Positions 23,831 through 36,969 of a stretch of 64,000 nucleotides of DNA are shown here, in pieces; within the stretch, counting starts at the first letter, position 1; each line of letters starts with the position of its first letter. This DNA is from Mobula hypostoma (lineage: Eukaryota). Where the stretch lies: the NCBI RefSeq assembly GCF_963921235.1, contig NC_086113.1, forward strand, positions 47,430,001 through 47,494,000, in the 5' to 3' direction. The translations under genes were made by a program, and so were the position numbers. The notes beneath the pieces are model-generated. The model was not told the DNA's origin and ran no database searches. It was given only the letters and a program-made list of their open reading frames with translations.

Positions 23831-24872
23831 ATTGTGCCAGAAAAAAATTGAGAAAGATCAGAGCAGTAGTACAGCTCTGTCAGGAGAAAAGATTTCCAGA
23901 CAAAAGATTTAAGGACATGCTTCAAGATTCCTTGAAGTTCAACATCCCCACTGACTCTTAAGATGAAGAGGTAGTAGAAGATGGTCTCAGTTTCTGGAAA
24001 CATTAGTGTGAAGAAACAATCACACTGAAAGTAATTTCAAACTAAATGCTTCACTGCATAAGAATTCAGTGTAATGTAGCTACATTTAGCAATTCAAAGC
24101 AAATTTCAAAATTAAAGAAATGCAAAAATAGTGCTATTGCATTAATTCAAATACAGTAGATTTGACCTTTTTTAATTTAATGAGGATGGTGGCCTGAAGA
24201 AAAACAAGAGCTTTCAATGTGGAAAAAATATGAGTGTTTTGTAGGTTTGGAGAAACCAAATGTCATAGTTCACAAAACTGTTGATCTGTATATGTTCAAA
24301 GAGTAAGCATATTTTGATTTGGATAGAATACATTCAGTTGCAACTAATCTAAATGCACCTTGTCTCTGGAGCTTCTATCTTTTTTTCCTCCATGGATAGA
24401 GATTTAGTTTCTGATGACTGGTATAGTAAAACTTGGGTTTTTGAGGCTGGAGGTGGTATTCTTCACCCTCAAAGGACAAGCTTATGTCACCCAGAGCAGT
24501 AAAGAAAGTTATTTTTCATATCTCCAATAAGACTTGCATGGTTAATTGTCCCATATTGAAAAAGTGGATATTGATAAACTTGAACTCAAAGTCCATCCAT
24601 AGTAAGTCAAAAACACAAACTTTGGGTGATTCATGATGCATAGCTATTTAAAATTTAAAAACAAAACATGTCATACTAAGTTTGAGTAAGCACAGTATAT
24701 GTGACATTGAAAATACTTTACCTTTGAAGATGTGCATGAATGCATTGACTTTTGAAAACTCATTTTCAAAGTACCTTCAGTTTTGCTTCATATTTATTGC
24801 ATATCTGTGTTACAGCTTATGATTTCTTATGTGTAATGGTGAACAATGAAGGTGTCATGTTTTATTTTGCAG

Positions 24873-24998
24873 ACTCCAAAAACCAAGGCCATAATTTTCA
24901 AGTTATGCAGTGTCTGTCTTTACCTGCCACAGGATCAGCTCACCCACTGGGGAGTTGGAACCATTGAGGACCATCTCCGTCCCTACATGCCAGATTAG
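24873..24998 (+). CDS. C6orf62: C6orf62 homolog, last coding exon (protein 230 aa)
   Basis: [41 protein letters not shown]; acceptor TTTTGCAG; downstream AATAAA at 25918, 26226, 26313, 26896. Confidence 0.97.
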   Translation, partial: TPKTKAIIFKLCSVCLYLPQDQLTHWGVGTIEDHLRPYMPD

Positions 24999-27794
24999 GG
25001 GCATCGGCCAGCAATATAGGGAAGACCAAAAGTGTCAACAACAGTGAACTTGTATTTCATCTTTATTTCCTGATTTTAAGATGATTAACTACTTGTGAAA
25101 AAGAACAGTCTGTTACAAAGCATACTCTACTTGAAATTTTCTTTCTAGTCATGCATATCTCAAACTTTATTTTTTTTACATTACTGCCTGCATATTCACC
25201 AATAGGCTGCTTAGATCTACATTGTCAGTTCCACATGGAAAACAAAGGTGAAATTTGAAGCTTGTTTTGAACTGCAAAAATATCTGAAAAGTACATGATT
25301 AATCTTGTTTCTGCTGGTTATGTAACCTGACACACTGCATTGTTTTGAGATGTAATGTTGGGCGAGTTCTGCATTTGATAAAGAGTTCAAGTAAAGGATT
25401 CATCTTGGATGTGTTGTACAAATGAAGGGCTTCAAACCTGAATAACACATGGTCCGACACGCATAGCTGTTGAGCACAAACTGTTCATAAGAGGATGGCA
25501 AGCAAGCAAAAGAGGTAGCGGGGGGAGGATCTTTAGTACCCATTTTGGTATCTGTGTAATGTAGGCTATCACCACCATGTAGTCTACATTTAAGTTTGCT
25601 GGCATGTTCTTTTTGGATCTTATTCCCTTAGTTGCTATATAAATGTACAAAGGAATTTTTCTTCTATTCTTTGGGGAGATTTTAGCAGGTTAATAATGGC
25701 AGGTTAGACTCAGTAAATAACTGGAGTCTAAAGTAGCGAAACAGCTACAAGATTGTCACTGAAGTTCAATGTTACTGGAATCTTTAAAAAACTTTCCTGT
25801 AGCTGAAGTAGCTTATTTACCTAGAAAGGGAGGTTGGGACTAAAAATGGATGAAGGTATAAAGTCAGTTTTTGATTGTGTAAAAATATGCTGATTGCTGA
25901 TACAACTCTGTAAAGTTAATAAAATAATGAAGAAATACCATAACTTGCGTTCAAGAAAATGCACTTAAAATTGCTTCTTTAAAAATTCTGGAGTGTTTCA
26001 GTTGGGTTATTAAGGTCATTACTTGTAAGACATGATTTTGAACTTGCATAATTAATGCAAGGCAGGCTGCAAAATGAATCAAAGGGGGGAAAGAAAGCAT
26101 TTCTCTGAAGCTGTAAGAATTGTGAGCTTCCTGAGCTTATTTATGCATGCCTGCTACTTCAGTTAAGAACAAGGCTAATCAGTAGGAAATTTGTATTCAC
26201 CTTCTGTTGAAATTGGGAAAATGAAAATAAATCTTTAATCCATATTCAGAATTGTTTTTATCATTCAAAATACTGTAACTGTGTTAACAATACTTTGAGT
26301 TAATGATGCTTGAATAAAAACAAAATACCTGCCATTTCCACACCAGAAAATGTATTAACCTCTTAGCAAAGTAAATCCCACCAAGTAAAAAGACCTCAAG
26401 GCAATTGAATGCAGACAGCAATGAAACATGTCTGATATAAGCATCAAGAATCCAAGTCAAGCTGGGTGAAACGTTTTCATGTTAGCTACCCATGAGGATT
26501 TGTTTGTACTCCTGCGCGGTATTTGCTAACATCAACAGAGAGGCGTTTCAGCTACTCAGGTAATCATGAGGAAGTGGGTGGAATGTAAAAGTAAAAAGAA
26601 ATGCCACATTTCATTCAGAGGAAGTTCCAGTCTTGGTGACTGACCATGAGCTGGAAGGATTATCTTCAGGTTTTGACTGCTTAGAGGAGATCTAGCCTGA
26701 GCTATGCAAAACGAGGAGGAAGGGGTTTCAGGTTCATAGGCCTGGAGAGAAAAGCTTTGAATACGGCTAATACATTAGGACCTGTCCTCCAGATTTCTTC
26801 CGATGGAACCACGTAATCTGTAAATTAACTGTGGTCTTGAATATAGCATTAAATCTTGTTTAATACCACTTAATATTGGTACAGTTTTACTGAATAATAA
26901 AATTAGACTGAGTTACTTTTAGGCAAATGAAAAAAACTTAAGATATGGAAATCTCACAAACCACAATGAAATGGTTCATGATGATAATGTCATTTTATAA
27001 TCTCCAGAAATAGGGTGGCTGTGATTCAGTAATTCGTGGGATCCTGTCTCTATTGCATGAGATTAGCTCTACAATTCTATCATCTAATATATTCCACGAT
27101 AGCATAGGGACAAATGGTTGAATTTTAGATTACAGATTCAATTGCTCATCTCAAAGTTCAAAGTACTTTGAACTTTGATATTGATATCCTTATTTTACTG
27201 CATAATGAAATTAGCATTGGACAAAATCAAGTTATGAAAGAAATCTCAAATCTTGCAAAATTTAAATTACGGACCCAATCACTAATTTTTCACCATTCTT
27301 CTATTGACCAAGGTTTTCAAATTCCTGTGTTCATTTTCTCATACTTTTGTATATATAGTTAGGACACACGTAACATCAAGATTAGACTCGAGGAATAGAA
27401 CAACTTGCACTGGAACAATGAACAAAATGCATATTCAAATTACTTTTATTTTCTTTACTGCCGGAACAAAGATATTTTACAACCAAGAAGTATTGGCATG
27501 TAGCCATGACTGCATTAGCAATAGGTAACTGTATAAGCAAGATTCCACAATGTCAAACATTACCATTTAAAGCGGGTTATAGTTATAAGTACTGACACAA
27601 ATATTCTTTGAACAAGAGTAAGTGATGTTCGTTGATGAGATCTTAGTGTCTTACCATAAAAGACATCACTTGTGACAATGCAGCATTTACACAGTATTGC
27701 ACTGCCCTTCATCTCAAACAAGTTGAAAATTAATCTGCAGAACAGCTTATAATTGAATTGAAAGCACAATTTACAATATTTGAAATTAAAATCT

Positions 27795-27800
27795 TTTATT
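27795..27800 (-). terminator. Candidate ACOT13 polyadenylation signal
   Basis: AATAAA on the minus strand ~50 nt after the stop codon. Confidence 0.5.
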
Positions 27801-27850
27801 TGTTAAATTTTCCTCAAATGAAGTAATTGTACAAAAATGGTTTAAATTTT

Positions 27851-28007
27851 TTAAGTGCCAAGGTATTTTGTGTGCCGTCCTTGAGCCAAGAGTTTCCCTG
27901 TTTCTTTGTTTGTCACGTCCACAGTTGTAAATGCAAGAGATTTACCTTCCTTCAGCACCTCAGCAGTTATGATAATATCCTCTCCCAGTTTTGCTGCATT
28001 CATATAC
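27851..28007 (-). CDS. ACOT13: Acyl-CoA thioesterase 13 (THEM2), exon 3
   Basis: YMNAAKLGEDIIITAEVLKEGKSLAFTTVDVTNKETGKLLAQGRHTKYLGT*; acceptor CTTTTAG; 157 nt. Confidence 0.97.
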
Positions 28008-28299
28008 CTAAAAGAAGTAATAAGTCACATACATTTTCAGTTATCAAGTATATTATTGCAATTGGATATATGTCATTCTGAAAAGCAAAGACATTTATTT
28101 AATGACATTTCATCTACATTCTTTTTCTGGCTAAGGTACCCTGCCATTGTCATTGTGGACACGATAAGAAGAAGAAGAATTGTCATTGTCAGCAAAGTAC
28201 CATCTGCTGTAATTGATTAAATGAAAGTAGTCAATCTCCACATAGCACATATTTGCTATTCTAATTATGTTCATGCTGAGTACCAGCTATTAGCTTAAC

Positions 28300-28650
28300 C
28301 GGTCATGTTCATGCCTCACGAACCTCAGACCTGAGATACGAGGACACAATTTGCTGCCACGCTCAGTGCAGTACTGAGGAGCTGTTCCACTTTAAAGATG
28401 ATCTTTAGTGTGAAATCCCAAACTAAGACTCCTTTTCTCCTTGGAGTGACTACAACACAACCTGGAGCATTATTTGCAAAAAGGCAAATGTGTCACTGAT
28501 GATTTATAGTCCAAAATGTTATATTTTCTCTAATTCGGCACACTGCTTAGTGCAACTGGCGATAACATTTTCAACATCAGTAATGAACATTGATAGCTCA
28601 CAGGCAAATGAGATCAAATGGTTTTCTTCTATAGTGCTGATAAATACTTT
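28300..28650 (+). mobile_element. Highly diverged DeuSINE (AmnSINE1/SacSINE1-like) relic
   Basis: CAGTGCAGTACTGAGG at 28364-28379 and loose collinearity with the Deu domain as recalled. Confidence 0.45.
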
Positions 28651-28814
28651 ATAAATGAACAGTTCACAACACTGTTTACGATTTGAAAACAATCTTGCAT
28701 GTGGTTCCTATAAATCATTGCCAGTGATTTTAGTTGTGCATCATCATTTGGTTCTGCTATTGAATGATTAGACACAGTTTGTTAAATTTCCAAGGTACCA
28801 AAAACTGTACATAC

Positions 28815-28999
28815 GTTATATTCATGTCCACACTAACTCCTGGTAATGCCCGTTCAGTGCTAAGCAAGGCTGTAGTTGATACCACATCCACTAGTGTTGC
28901 TGTCACTCCACCATGTAGGTTGCCCGCCCGATTCACATGTTCCTCCTCTACTTTCATTTGGCAGACAATTTTTCCAGGGCTAGTTGTAACAACAGCCAT
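28815..28999 (-). CDS. ACOT13: ACOT13 exon 2
   Basis: MAVVTTSPGKIVCQMKVEEEHVNRAGNLHGGVTATLVDVVSTTALLSTERALPGVSVDMNIT; hotdog-fold HGG motif and catalytic Asp; TTCCAG / GTATGT; 185 nt. Confidence 0.97.
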
Positions 29000-29069
29000 C
29001 TGGAAAAAAGTGTAATTGTAACTTAATTAGACTGATTTTAAAATATATTGATTATTAAATAATTGGCTT

Positions 29070-29362
29070 TCTTTGCCAAATGTGCATTGAAACATACAGT
29101 GAAATATGTTATTTGTGTCTACAACCAACAAGAGTCCAAGGATGTGCTGAGGGCAGCCTGCAAATGTCGCCATGCTTCTGGCGTTAACACAGCATGCTCA
29201 CAAGCTACTAACTCTAACTCGTATGTTTTTGGAATGTGGGAGGAAACCAGTGCACGTGGAGGAAACCCACATGGTCATTTGGAGAACATAAAAACTCCTT
29301 ACAGACAGGGAGGATTGAATCAAGATTGTGGCACTGTAGAGTGCTGCACTACTGTGCCACTC
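29070..29362 (-). mobile_element. V-SINE (HE1-like)
   Basis: V-domain reverse complement GGAATGTGGGAGGAAACC..GGAGGAAACCCACATGGTCA. Confidence 0.65.
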
Positions 29363-29959
29363 CTTGCATTATGCCAAATAGTATAAGGGATGTTCTCAGC
29401 ATATAAAGGCTCCTAGGAGAGGGTCTTTTAGAATAAAAGGCAGAACAAGCATGTTAAGAAACATTATGGAGCCTTGCAATCATGAGGTGAAAGTCTAAAG
29501 GGCTTTGCATAGATTTCTGGAACTTTTGCAGTAAAAATGGTGGCTGGTAAGGAGTGTGTTTAAGAGGCTGGCCCGTGTGTAATTAGGCCTTGAATAGTTT
29601 TGGCACAGGAGAGGCAAGTGAGTGCAATGCTAGTATGTAATAATGCCACATTTCACTCAGAGCAAGTTCCAGTCTTGGTGACTCACCATGAAATTCAAGG
29701 ATCATCTTCAGGACAAGCACTACCTGATTTGGCTGCTTGCAGGAGGTCCAGTCAGCAGCTAACACAAAACAAGGCCCAGAGATAAAAACTCTGAGTACTG
29801 CTAGTACATTAGGACCTTTCATTTCCTCCAGATTTCTACCTAAAGAAAATGTAATCTGTGGAAATTAATTAAATGGCCAGGAAGATAGAAAAACTTTAAG
29901 CACAGACCAAAATCCTCTGAAATCTTTTTACAACTATTGATTCCACTAAGCACGATCCC

Positions 29960-30250
29960 TCCTTGCTGATAACCAACACTGGCACATCTCAAGGATGTAT
30001 GCTTAGCGCACTGCCCTACGCTCTCTACGCCCGTGACTGTGCGGCTAGACACAGCTCAAACGCCATCTATAAATTTGCTGATGACACAACTGTTGTTGGC
30101 AGAATTTCAGATCGTGATGAGGGGGCGTACTGGTGTCACAACAACAATCTTGCACTCAACGTCAGTAAGACTGAGGAATTGACTGTGGACTTCAGAAAAG
30201 GGCACGCACACCAGTCCTCAGCGAGGGATCAGCAGTGGAAAGGGAATGGG
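29960..30250 (+). mobile_element. Rex1/Babar RT fragment
   Basis: NTGTSQGCMLSALPY..IYKFADDTTVVG..LNVSKTEELTVDFRK. Confidence 0.85.
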
Positions 30251-31844
30251 AACGTACTGCTGAAGTCATTGATCTTCTTCAAGGTACATGTTAAGATTTA
30301 GTGGGAATTTTAAGCATGTTTTGATACTGTGATAATGGAGAAAATCATGCACTTTTGTATCCAACCTAAATTATGAAACTTTCAGTTCAAGACATTAATG
30401 AATGACAAGTCTGATGATCTTAGACCTTATTGCTACCACATTAGCTTGTAAATGTCTTAAATGAAGAGAAGATAGAAATAGTTGAACCCTGTAGACAGAG
30501 TTCAGAAGGCCACATATATCAATCAAATAGAAGAAACTTGCTCTATTCTAAATATCACCAACTTCTATACAGTTGTGTCTATTTAGACAGGAAATGAAAC
30601 CAATTTCAAAGCATACCATGCTCCCTGCTCTTAACTCCCAATCTATCTCTATTCTGTGTGGATATATTTGCCAGGGAAAATTATGCAACCAAAAAATGTA
30701 AAGATCTGGAGACTTCTGGGAAATACAGAGAAGCTAATTTAAAATACTGACATGTTTGAATGGAACGCCATGAGAATTCAATGATTGTTGGCAACACACT
30801 TGAGCAGCTGGCAGGAATTCCATGTCTTTGCAAAAGCGGTAAGAATGAAATTACTGACAATGTGCCTAGGATAATCTACTAACTCTGAGGTAGAAATAAT
30901 TCTTATCACCCAAGATACAACTTATTTCATGATGCATTGTTTGTATAAACTTACATAAATCTTCAAGTTCGTGGGAGAGAAAGTGCCCAGCATCTTGAAG
31001 CCTTCAAGTGGGATTATATTGCATTGCAACCAAATTTCTTGACCTCTGAAGCAGAATCCAATAAAAAGTAGAGCTGAAACTATCTTTCTGGTCTCATTGG
31101 AATGAGGCAAGTTCTGCCTGGTCTTGGCTAGCATATATTTGAAGACCAAAATCCTGACAAAATATTGCTTATTTCTCAATAATAATGCACCTTATCAATA
31201 ATTGAAATTGGTGTTAATAGGTTACATCCATTTCAGTATTGATAACTATCCGTTTAATACTATTATGTATTTAGTCTGTGGGTTTTAGGGATTCAGGAGT
31301 TAAAGAATTATGGGAGATTTTACTGAGAGGACGTCAAAAGGAATTTCTGCTTGTCATGACGACAAAGACATTCCACACCTACCAGTTTCTCCCGTGACAT
31401 AGCCACAACCACAAAGGTTTGTCCAAATAACACATTCTTCTTAACCATAACAAAGTCAGGTTAAATCAATGAATTGAATCAAAAATGCAAATTGTATTTC
31501 TGCCCTGCTGATTTCATCCAGATGTTATATGTATGCAATTGAGGAAGAAAGAAAGATTGCACTTGCTTTTTTGTATACTCGGTTGCAACGCCATAGAGAT
31601 TTATGCCCAGAAGGAGCTAATTAAACTCATACCGTCCCTGCCAGCCGAAGATTTACTGTTTACATTAATGCATGTTGGTGTATGGCCTTTTACATCATGA
31701 CACTTCCAATACTCATGTATAAAATTGTTTATACATGGGTAAAGGTTTCTGCCTCCACTTTACTTTCAAGTAGTATGTTCTGGACCTCAATTACTTGTGA
31801 AAAATATTTCTCTTTAGTCCCCCTTACTCTTTCAACCAATTAAC

Positions 31845-32340
31845 TTAAATCTCCCGGTGGCAAAATACTTTAATTCCGATTTCCATTCTGACATGTCGGT
31901 TCAAGGTCTCCTCTTGTGCCAAGGTGAGGCCGCCATCATGGTGGAGGAGCGACACCTTATATTCAATCTGAATAGCTTCCAACCTGATGGCATGAACATT
32001 GGTTTCTCCTTCCAGTAAACAAATTTCCCTCCACCCTTCCTCTATTCCCCACTCTAACCTTTTACCTCTTCTCACCTGCCTACTACTTCACCCTGGCTCC
32101 CGCCCCCCCCCCCCTTTTCTCCTATGGTCCTTTCTCCTCTCCTTCTTCAGTCTTTGACCTTTCCCACCCACCTTTCACCTTCCAGATAACCTCCTTCCTC
32201 TCCTCCACCTTTTTTATTCTAGCATCTTCTCCCCTCCTTCTCAGTCCTGAAGAACATTCTCAGCCCGAAACACTGGCTGTTTATTCATCTCCATGGATGC
32301 AGTCCGACTACTGAGTTCATCCAGCATTTTGTGTGTGTAA
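31845..32340 (+). mobile_element. Penelope-like element 3' fragment with decayed hammerhead (32241-32279)
   Basis: EERHLIFNLNSFQPDGMNIGFS (GIY-YIG C-terminus); UCAGUC-CUGAAGA...CCC-GAAA. Confidence 0.85.
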
Positions 32341-32704
32341 CTTAAATCTATGCTTCTTTGTCCTTGTTCTATCCGCCTTCATTTACACCCTGTCCAGGGC
32401 ACTCATGCTAAAGGACTTCAGTTATGTCTCTCATCACTCCTTTATTCCAAAGGAAATGACACAAGACTTGATAATTTCTCACTATGACTATTATTCAGCA
32501 GTCCTAGCAACCTAAAGTTATTTTTCATGCTCAATGCAATGATACCCTTCCTGCAGAACTCTAACTATGGTTAACTAATGTTCTGGAAACCTTAATTTGA
32601 TCACATTGCTCTGTTCAGTGCCTTATCCTGCAATGGAAAGGTTTCTGTGTGGTTTCAAAGCTATCTTATCAATCTGTCTAGGTACCTCCAGAGATCTGTG
32701 GCCA

Positions 32705-32975
32705 TTGTGAGTGGTATAGAGAGGGTAAATGCAAGTAGGCTCTTTCCACTGAGGTTGGGTGGGACTACAACAAGAGGACATGGCTTAAAGGGTGAAAGGT
32801 GAGAAGCTTAAGGGTCACTTGAGGGGAAACCTCTTCACTCGGAGGATTGTGAGGGTGTGGAATAAGCTGCCAGCACCAGTGGTCTATGTGAACTGAATTT
32901 CAAGAGAAGTTTGGATAGGTACATGGATAGTAGGGATACGGAGGGCTATGGACCTGGTGCAGGCCAATGGGACTC
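32705..32975 (+). mobile_element. CR1 LINE 3' fragment
   Basis: TTTRGHGL..RGNLFTRRIVRVWNKLP. Confidence 0.75.
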
Positions 32976-34212
32976 TATGTCCTCCAAGACTACTGTTCTT
33001 CTAAACTTCTCAGCAAATCTCAATTTATAATGTATGTCCTTGCTTTGTTTTCTCTTCTCATGTGTTGCTTCAATATTATAAACCTTGATCTAACTAAGAT
33101 TTCCAAGATCACCAGTGATGACCATTTTTTCTGGTACAGATGTCCAGAACTAGAAAACATTAACATAGAATCTGTGCTAAGCTATTCAGGAGCAGTCAGG
33201 GAACCCTCAGACAAAGGATGGTGGATATCTGCTCTGTTTTTCTTTTTTTCTCTCTCTCAGATCAACTGAACACCTAATAACTGATAGGTTTAGAGAAAAA
33301 GTATTAAGGAATACAGACAAATCACAGAGTTTCTGTATATCCTCCGTGATATTAGTGAATGTAACAGGTAAAAAAGCCTAAGCATATTATTTCTTATGAA
33401 TCCGGTTACAATCTAATCGAATGGCAGAACATAAAAGCAGCTGAATGACTTGCTTTTCACATTTCTTCCTGTGGACACAAAATGTTTTGGACAAGAAATA
33501 TTTACTCAGGTTTATTACCAGGAAAAATAAACTAATTTATCATATTCATAAGGGGAAAATGTGTTGTTTTAAACATTACACTATAGCATTAATATTCTTT
33601 CTGCATCAGTTCCTGGGATTTCAGTGTGGAAATGCTGATAGTTTAATCAAACTGTTGCACCATCTTTACAGAGTGTTTCCACATATAACACTCAGTAAAT
33701 GTTGTAAATGACTGAAGCCAGTGCCTAAGGCCATGAAATCTGAAGGAGACTCAAATCATACTCATTGGGAAATGGATTAATTGATGTTGCTCAAATCCAA
33801 TGCCATTTTTCCATCAGAGGGAAAATTTCACATTCCAGAGCTCGAAGGCAAAATATTCTTTCTTTCATCAAATGTCATTAACTTGTGTTTATCGTTCTCA
33901 GTATCAAAGCGCGCTTTAAAATATGATATAAAAATGACTAATTGTGAATAGTCTTTGACCTGTACTGTCGTTTACGACACGCTTTACTAAAATATTAACT
34001 ACTGCACCTAATATTTCCCTTAATCAATTTAGAACAACAGGAATAATGGTTCGGATTCAATTCTAACCAACAGCTATGAACATCTGACGAAATGTCGCGT
34101 AAATCATTTTTCATAAAGCTTATCTTTGCAGAAATTTGGCCTAAGCTGTGGAGTGCTGGAAGTTTCCTGCAATGCTGGTTACATTCACAAATTCACAGCG
34201 TCAGCGATTCAC

Positions 34213-34296
34213 CTTGCTCAAAATTCGATCGAAGCCCTTTCCTCCTGTCAAACCTCGGATTAACTGTCTGAAATTGTTCAAGGACGATCCAGCCAT
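34213..34296 (-). CDS. ACOT13: ACOT13 exon 1 (protein 141 aa)
   Basis: ACCATGG Kozak; MAGSSLNNFRQLIRGLTGGKGFDRILSK; donor GTGAAT, phase 0. Confidence 0.93.
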
Positions 34297-34299
34297 GGT

Positions 34300-34500
34300 C
34301 AGAAATAAGGTTGCAGCTATCGCTTCTCGGCGAAGTGTTTAAAGGTTATAGAGAGAGGTCTTCCTGGAGCAGCGGGAAATACGCCCGCAAGCTCGGATGA
34401 CCAACAGCATCTCCCATTGCGCCCCCTACAGGAGCTGAGCTCCCATACTTCACAAATTGAAACGGCCAGCGCCGGAACTTCTCTTCCGTGAAAACAGTTC
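34300..34500 (-). promoter_or_regulatory. ACOT13 promoter / 5' region
   Basis: CpG-containing; E2F-type GCGGGAAA 34372-34379; ETS cores CCGGAA 34472-34477 and TTCCG 34484-34488. Confidence 0.6.
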
Positions 34501-34532
34501 ACTGTTTTCCCCCAGGCACAGTATTTGCATCT

Positions 34533-34905
34533 GAAACACAAATGCTGGAAGAACTGTCCTGCCGAAGGGTCTCTGCCCGAAACGTCGACTGCACTTTTTT
34601 TCCCCCCGTAAATGCTGCCTGGCTTGCTGGGTTCCTCCAGCGTTTTGTGTGTGTTTTGCTTGGATTTCCAGCATCTGCAGATTTTCTCTTGCTGGAAGGA
34701 CTCAAGTTAGGCAAGATCTACTGAAAGCGAAAACAGTTAACATTTCAGCTCCAAGACCGTCCATCAGGACTGACAGGGCTTTTCCAGCATTTCTCTTCTG
34801 TTTCAGCTACAGAACCCTTCATTAGCTGTTCCTTTCTCGACAGATGCTGCCTGACCAGCTAAGCATCTGTGGCATTTTCTGTTTTTATTTCTAATTTCCA
34901 GCCTC
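34533..34905. mobile_element. Cluster of Penelope terminal-repeat fragments; younger copy 34556-34689 (+) inserted in an older (-) copy
   Basis: 13-bp TSD TGCTGGAA(G)(A/G)ACT at 34543-34555 and 34690-34702 (1 mismatch); hammerhead with mutated core CUGCCGA. Confidence 0.8.
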
Positions 34906-35024
34906 CACAAGTTTTTAACCTTTATAGTTCATTAATCTTTTTTCTATTTTCATTTTCAATTTGAGTAAGTTGTACCACTACCAAGCTGTGTTGCCTTCTT
35001 TGGTTGTTTGTAAAAGTAGTGGTA

Positions 35025-35435
35025 AACGAGAAGGTGCAGAGGAGGTTCCTGGGAATGATCCCAGGAATGAGAGGGTTAACATGTGAGGAATATTTGATGG
35101 CTCTAAAACTATACTCATTGAAGTTTAGAAGAATGAAGAGCTGGGGGTGTGGTTGGGGGTTTGGGAAATCTCATGAAACTCATTGAATATTGAAAGGCTT
35201 AGATAGAGTGAACATGAAGAAGATGTTTCCTATAGTGGTGGAGTCTAGAATCAGAATCAGGTTTATTATCACCAGCATGTGTTGTGAAATTTGTTAACTT
35301 AGCAGCAGCAGTTCAATGCAATACATAATATAGTAGAAAAAAATAAGTAAATTACTTACAGTATACGTATATTGAATAGATTAAAAATCATACAAAAAAC
35401 AGAAATAATAGCACAGCCTCAGAATACAAGGACAT
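35025..35435. mobile_element. CR1 3' fragment (+) interrupted by a Rex-type 3' tail (-, ~35247-35410)
   Basis: EKVQRRFLGMIPGMRGL; AGAATCAGAATCAGGTTTATT tail. Confidence 0.7.
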
Positions 35436-35483
35436 TGTCCTATGGTATAATAAGACCTATGGTCCAAAAGTTTATTTGCTTAG

Positions 35484-36547
35484 TGTTATACAGGGGCGCT
35501 GGGAGCAGACCCAGATGCAAGACACAGACACTGAAGTACTAGGAACAGGACAAGGACTAGAGTTTAGCAAGCAAGGGAAGTGGGGAAGAAAGGACACTGG
35601 ACATTGACACAGGCCGTGGACGAGACTAGGATGCAGGGCCTGGGCTAGGACATGGACAAGAAACAAGCAAATGGGAACTAGGAGCCTGGACTAGTGACAT
35701 GGAACTCCGGAACCAGAGCCTGGACAAGGATCCAGAACCTGGGTCTTGGTTGGGACCCAGAACCTGGGTCTTGACTCGGAACCGGAACCCGGGTCTAGGC
35801 TAGGACTCAGGACTAGGATCTTGGCAAGGACAGGACGTGGCTACCGAACAGGACGTGGAACTCCTGCATAGGATGAGGCACATGGACAGGAAAAGAACAC
35901 AAAGCCTTGACTTGGACAGGACGAGGTTCTTGGATGTGGCTTGGACAGGACTATAGACTCCTGGACAGGACGAGAGACTCCTGGACAGGACGAGGGAACC
36001 CCAGCTCCGGACTGGGTGAGGTACTCCTGGGCTGGGCGAGGCACATGGACAGGACGAGAACAAGAAGCCTTGACTTGGTTGAGGGAGGGACAGGGACGCA
36101 GAGCCTTGATCAAGGGAGGGACAGGAACATGGAACACAGAGCCGGGACCCCTCCTTGGGAACAGGACGTAGGGCCAGGACCCATACACAGAATGCTGAAC
36201 ACAACGAGACAGTTCCCAACACTAGGTAGCGGCAAACGGCCGGACCTACCTAGCGAAGGCGTGGACACAGAGACAGTTCCTTATCTAGGCACAGCAAGGC
36301 TCTGGTCTTGCTCCAGCAGTAGAACTTGACAGAGATACAGGCAAGTCTTCAAGCCAAGGCTTCAGGCAGAAGGTGAAGGGAACAGTCCAGCAACCAAGGC
36401 TGAACCCAGGAGCTGTTTATGTAGCCAGCCCAAGATGAGAATCGTATGCCTCAATTAAGGCACCAACAAAACAAGGAAAACCTGGAATAAGGATTGATGG
36501 ACTGGACAGTGAACCTGAATGTGGACTTCACGGACTGGACCATGACA
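35484..36547 (-). mobile_element. Solo LTR (1064 bp) with internal degenerate GGACAGGAC repeats
   Basis: Minus strand TGTCATGG...TATAACA; perfect 5-bp TSD CTTAG at 35479-35483 and 36548-36552. Confidence 0.88.
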
Positions 36548-36969
36548 CTTAGATTCTTATGTGAATATTTAACCCAAGTAAAACAGACAACAGTTACATG
36601 CTTCCATTACCTCAAAACTTGGGTCTGATTTCAAAAACTGGGTTTCTTTTTATATTGCTACCTGCAACTCCGTCTCTCTGCAGAGAAGAAAATATTGGAA
36701 AATGGAAAAATATGGTTAATTCATTCACTAAAAGTTAATAAGTTAAATGGGTTAAAAGAGGAAAGAGATTTTTGAATAAAGATCCATAAACCTCCAAAGT
36801 GTAAGGGCAAAGGTCAGTGAATCTACAACATACGTAAGTTTGGTTCTCAAGACTGCAGGAGGAAGTGAAGTGAAGCTGCAGAATGCAATGGGACCAGCAG
36901 TACCTGTTCAGATTCACATTTATTTAGTTATCACACGTTCATTGGAACATAAATAAATGAATCTTCAGA

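Noticed and set aside
35800-36329. Overlapping Cys/Pro/Ser-rich ORFs, or a CRISPR-like array
   Set aside because: Degenerate GGACAGGAC repeats inside a TSD-flanked solo LTR; no constant repeat with unique spacers, and the DNA is eukaryotic.
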